From the NCBI GenBank assembly GCA_028534125.1, contig CM052816.1:10976001-11040000 (forward strand): a stretch of DNA of 64,000 nt, given 5' to 3'. The notes beneath the pieces were generated by a model. That model ran no database searches. It saw only the letters and a list, made by a program, of their open reading frames with translations, and was not told where the DNA came from. This stretch comes from Lama glama (lineage: Eukaryota). Of this stretch, positions 63,065-64,000 are shown piece after piece. Within the stretch, counting starts at the first letter, position 1, and every line of letters begins with the position of its first letter. The translations under genes and the position numbers were made by a program.

Positions 63065-63520
63065 ATGACAGACTACTTGTTGCCTAACCCTCCTGCCATT
63101 TGATAACAGAACCATGATTTTATTGGTTTGCAGCAATGGATTCAACTATAAGACTACAGTTCTCAAAATCTTTTGCAGCTAAGCATAGCATTATGACTAA
63201 ATTCTGGTCAATGAGATGAACTCAGAAGTGAATGCAGGTAAGACCTCCCTCCTTCCTTCTGTGTCTGGCCTGGGATGTGGATAGAATGGTTGGTGCCCTT
63301 GTTGCCATCCTGGACCAGGAGGTGACCTTAAAGATGGAGACAAAGGACAGAGGATGGCAAACTGGTACCTGGATCCCTGGCGACATGATGGAGCCACCAT
63401 GCTGCCCTGGACTGCCTGCATCCCAGCTTTCCTCATGCAAAAAAGAAACTTGTAATTCATGTAAGCTCTGTTTGAGGTTTCCCTATCACACACAGCCAAA
63501 TCTAATCCTAAGTAGCACAG
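63065..63520 (+). mobile_element. Older MLT1 LTR
   Basis: atgactaaattctggtcaatgagatg...gccatcctggaccaggagg...ctggatccctggcgac...cagccaaatctaatcctaa. Confidence 0.65.
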
Positions 63521-64000
63521 CAGACCAATCCAACAGTCTGCGAAGATACACACTGAGCTGATTTCAGTGATCATCTCTGGGGAAGAGAGGGGAGGGGTTC
63601 TGTTACAGAGCAAAGTCCAAGGAAAACAAAGCTCCTTCATATTTAACTTTCTGGAATTCATTCATGTGTTTGTACATCTAAAAATTGATTTCAAAATAAG
63701 GGGGAAACATGTTAAATTAAAAAGAGAAAGAGTCTGATGAAGCAGCAGCTGGCAGGGCTCAGGGCCTCAGGTGAGCCAGAGCTGCTTTGTACCACGCTCG
63801 CCCACTGCAGCCAGAGAACAGCTGGACCATTACAGCAACCACCTCCCCGGAGAGCTCCTACCTGGGCTGTCAGCTGGGCACCCCCAGCACAGACGCACCA
63901 CCTGTGGACTGACCACCAGAAACCATCCAGCAGGCAATACGCCTCGTTCCCTCCCAGGAAAAACAAATCCCAGCTGAGGTATTTGTGGGGCTCTGTCGTC

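Noticed and set aside
17900..64000. GPR151, TCERG1, a processed pseudogene or a NUMT in the downstream region
   Set aside because: No GPCR-like, WW/FF-domain, mitochondrial or other recognisable coding sequence on either strand; a degraded pseudogene could be missed without a BLASTX search.

Overview
Mammalian genomic DNA, probably camelid (three tRNA-derived SINEs resemble the camelid Vic-1 family). The only protein-coding content is the 3' end of PPP2R2B (PP2A regulatory subunit B55-beta) on the + strand: three final coding exons (7401-7570, 14368-14459, 16568-16847) that splice in frame to [13 protein letters not shown]...[11 protein letters not shown], then a ~430-nt 3' UTR up to AATAAA at 17268. 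The first 7.4 kb is intron, with an exactly 500-N assembly gap. The remaining ~47 kb is intergenic and rich in L1, L2, MIR, MLT1/MaLR, ERV1-type solo LTRs, hAT (MER58/MER5) elements and SINEs. In human, GPR151, TCERG1 and POU4F3 lie downstream of PPP2R2B; none is visible here. I found no evidence of a new gene system. The remaining ORF-track entries are repeat-derived, antisense, gap-spanning or chance. Most notable observations: a ~390-bp segment apparently copied between the intergenic region and an intron; two solo LTRs with an internal polypurine tract and a second LTR start; an 89-bp tandem duplication showing reciprocal CpG decay; a diverged 630-bp-period repeat retaining EBF-like motifs; and several enhancer-like motif clusters, including an RE1/REST-like site. 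Repeat family names and boundaries were assigned by eye and are approximate.
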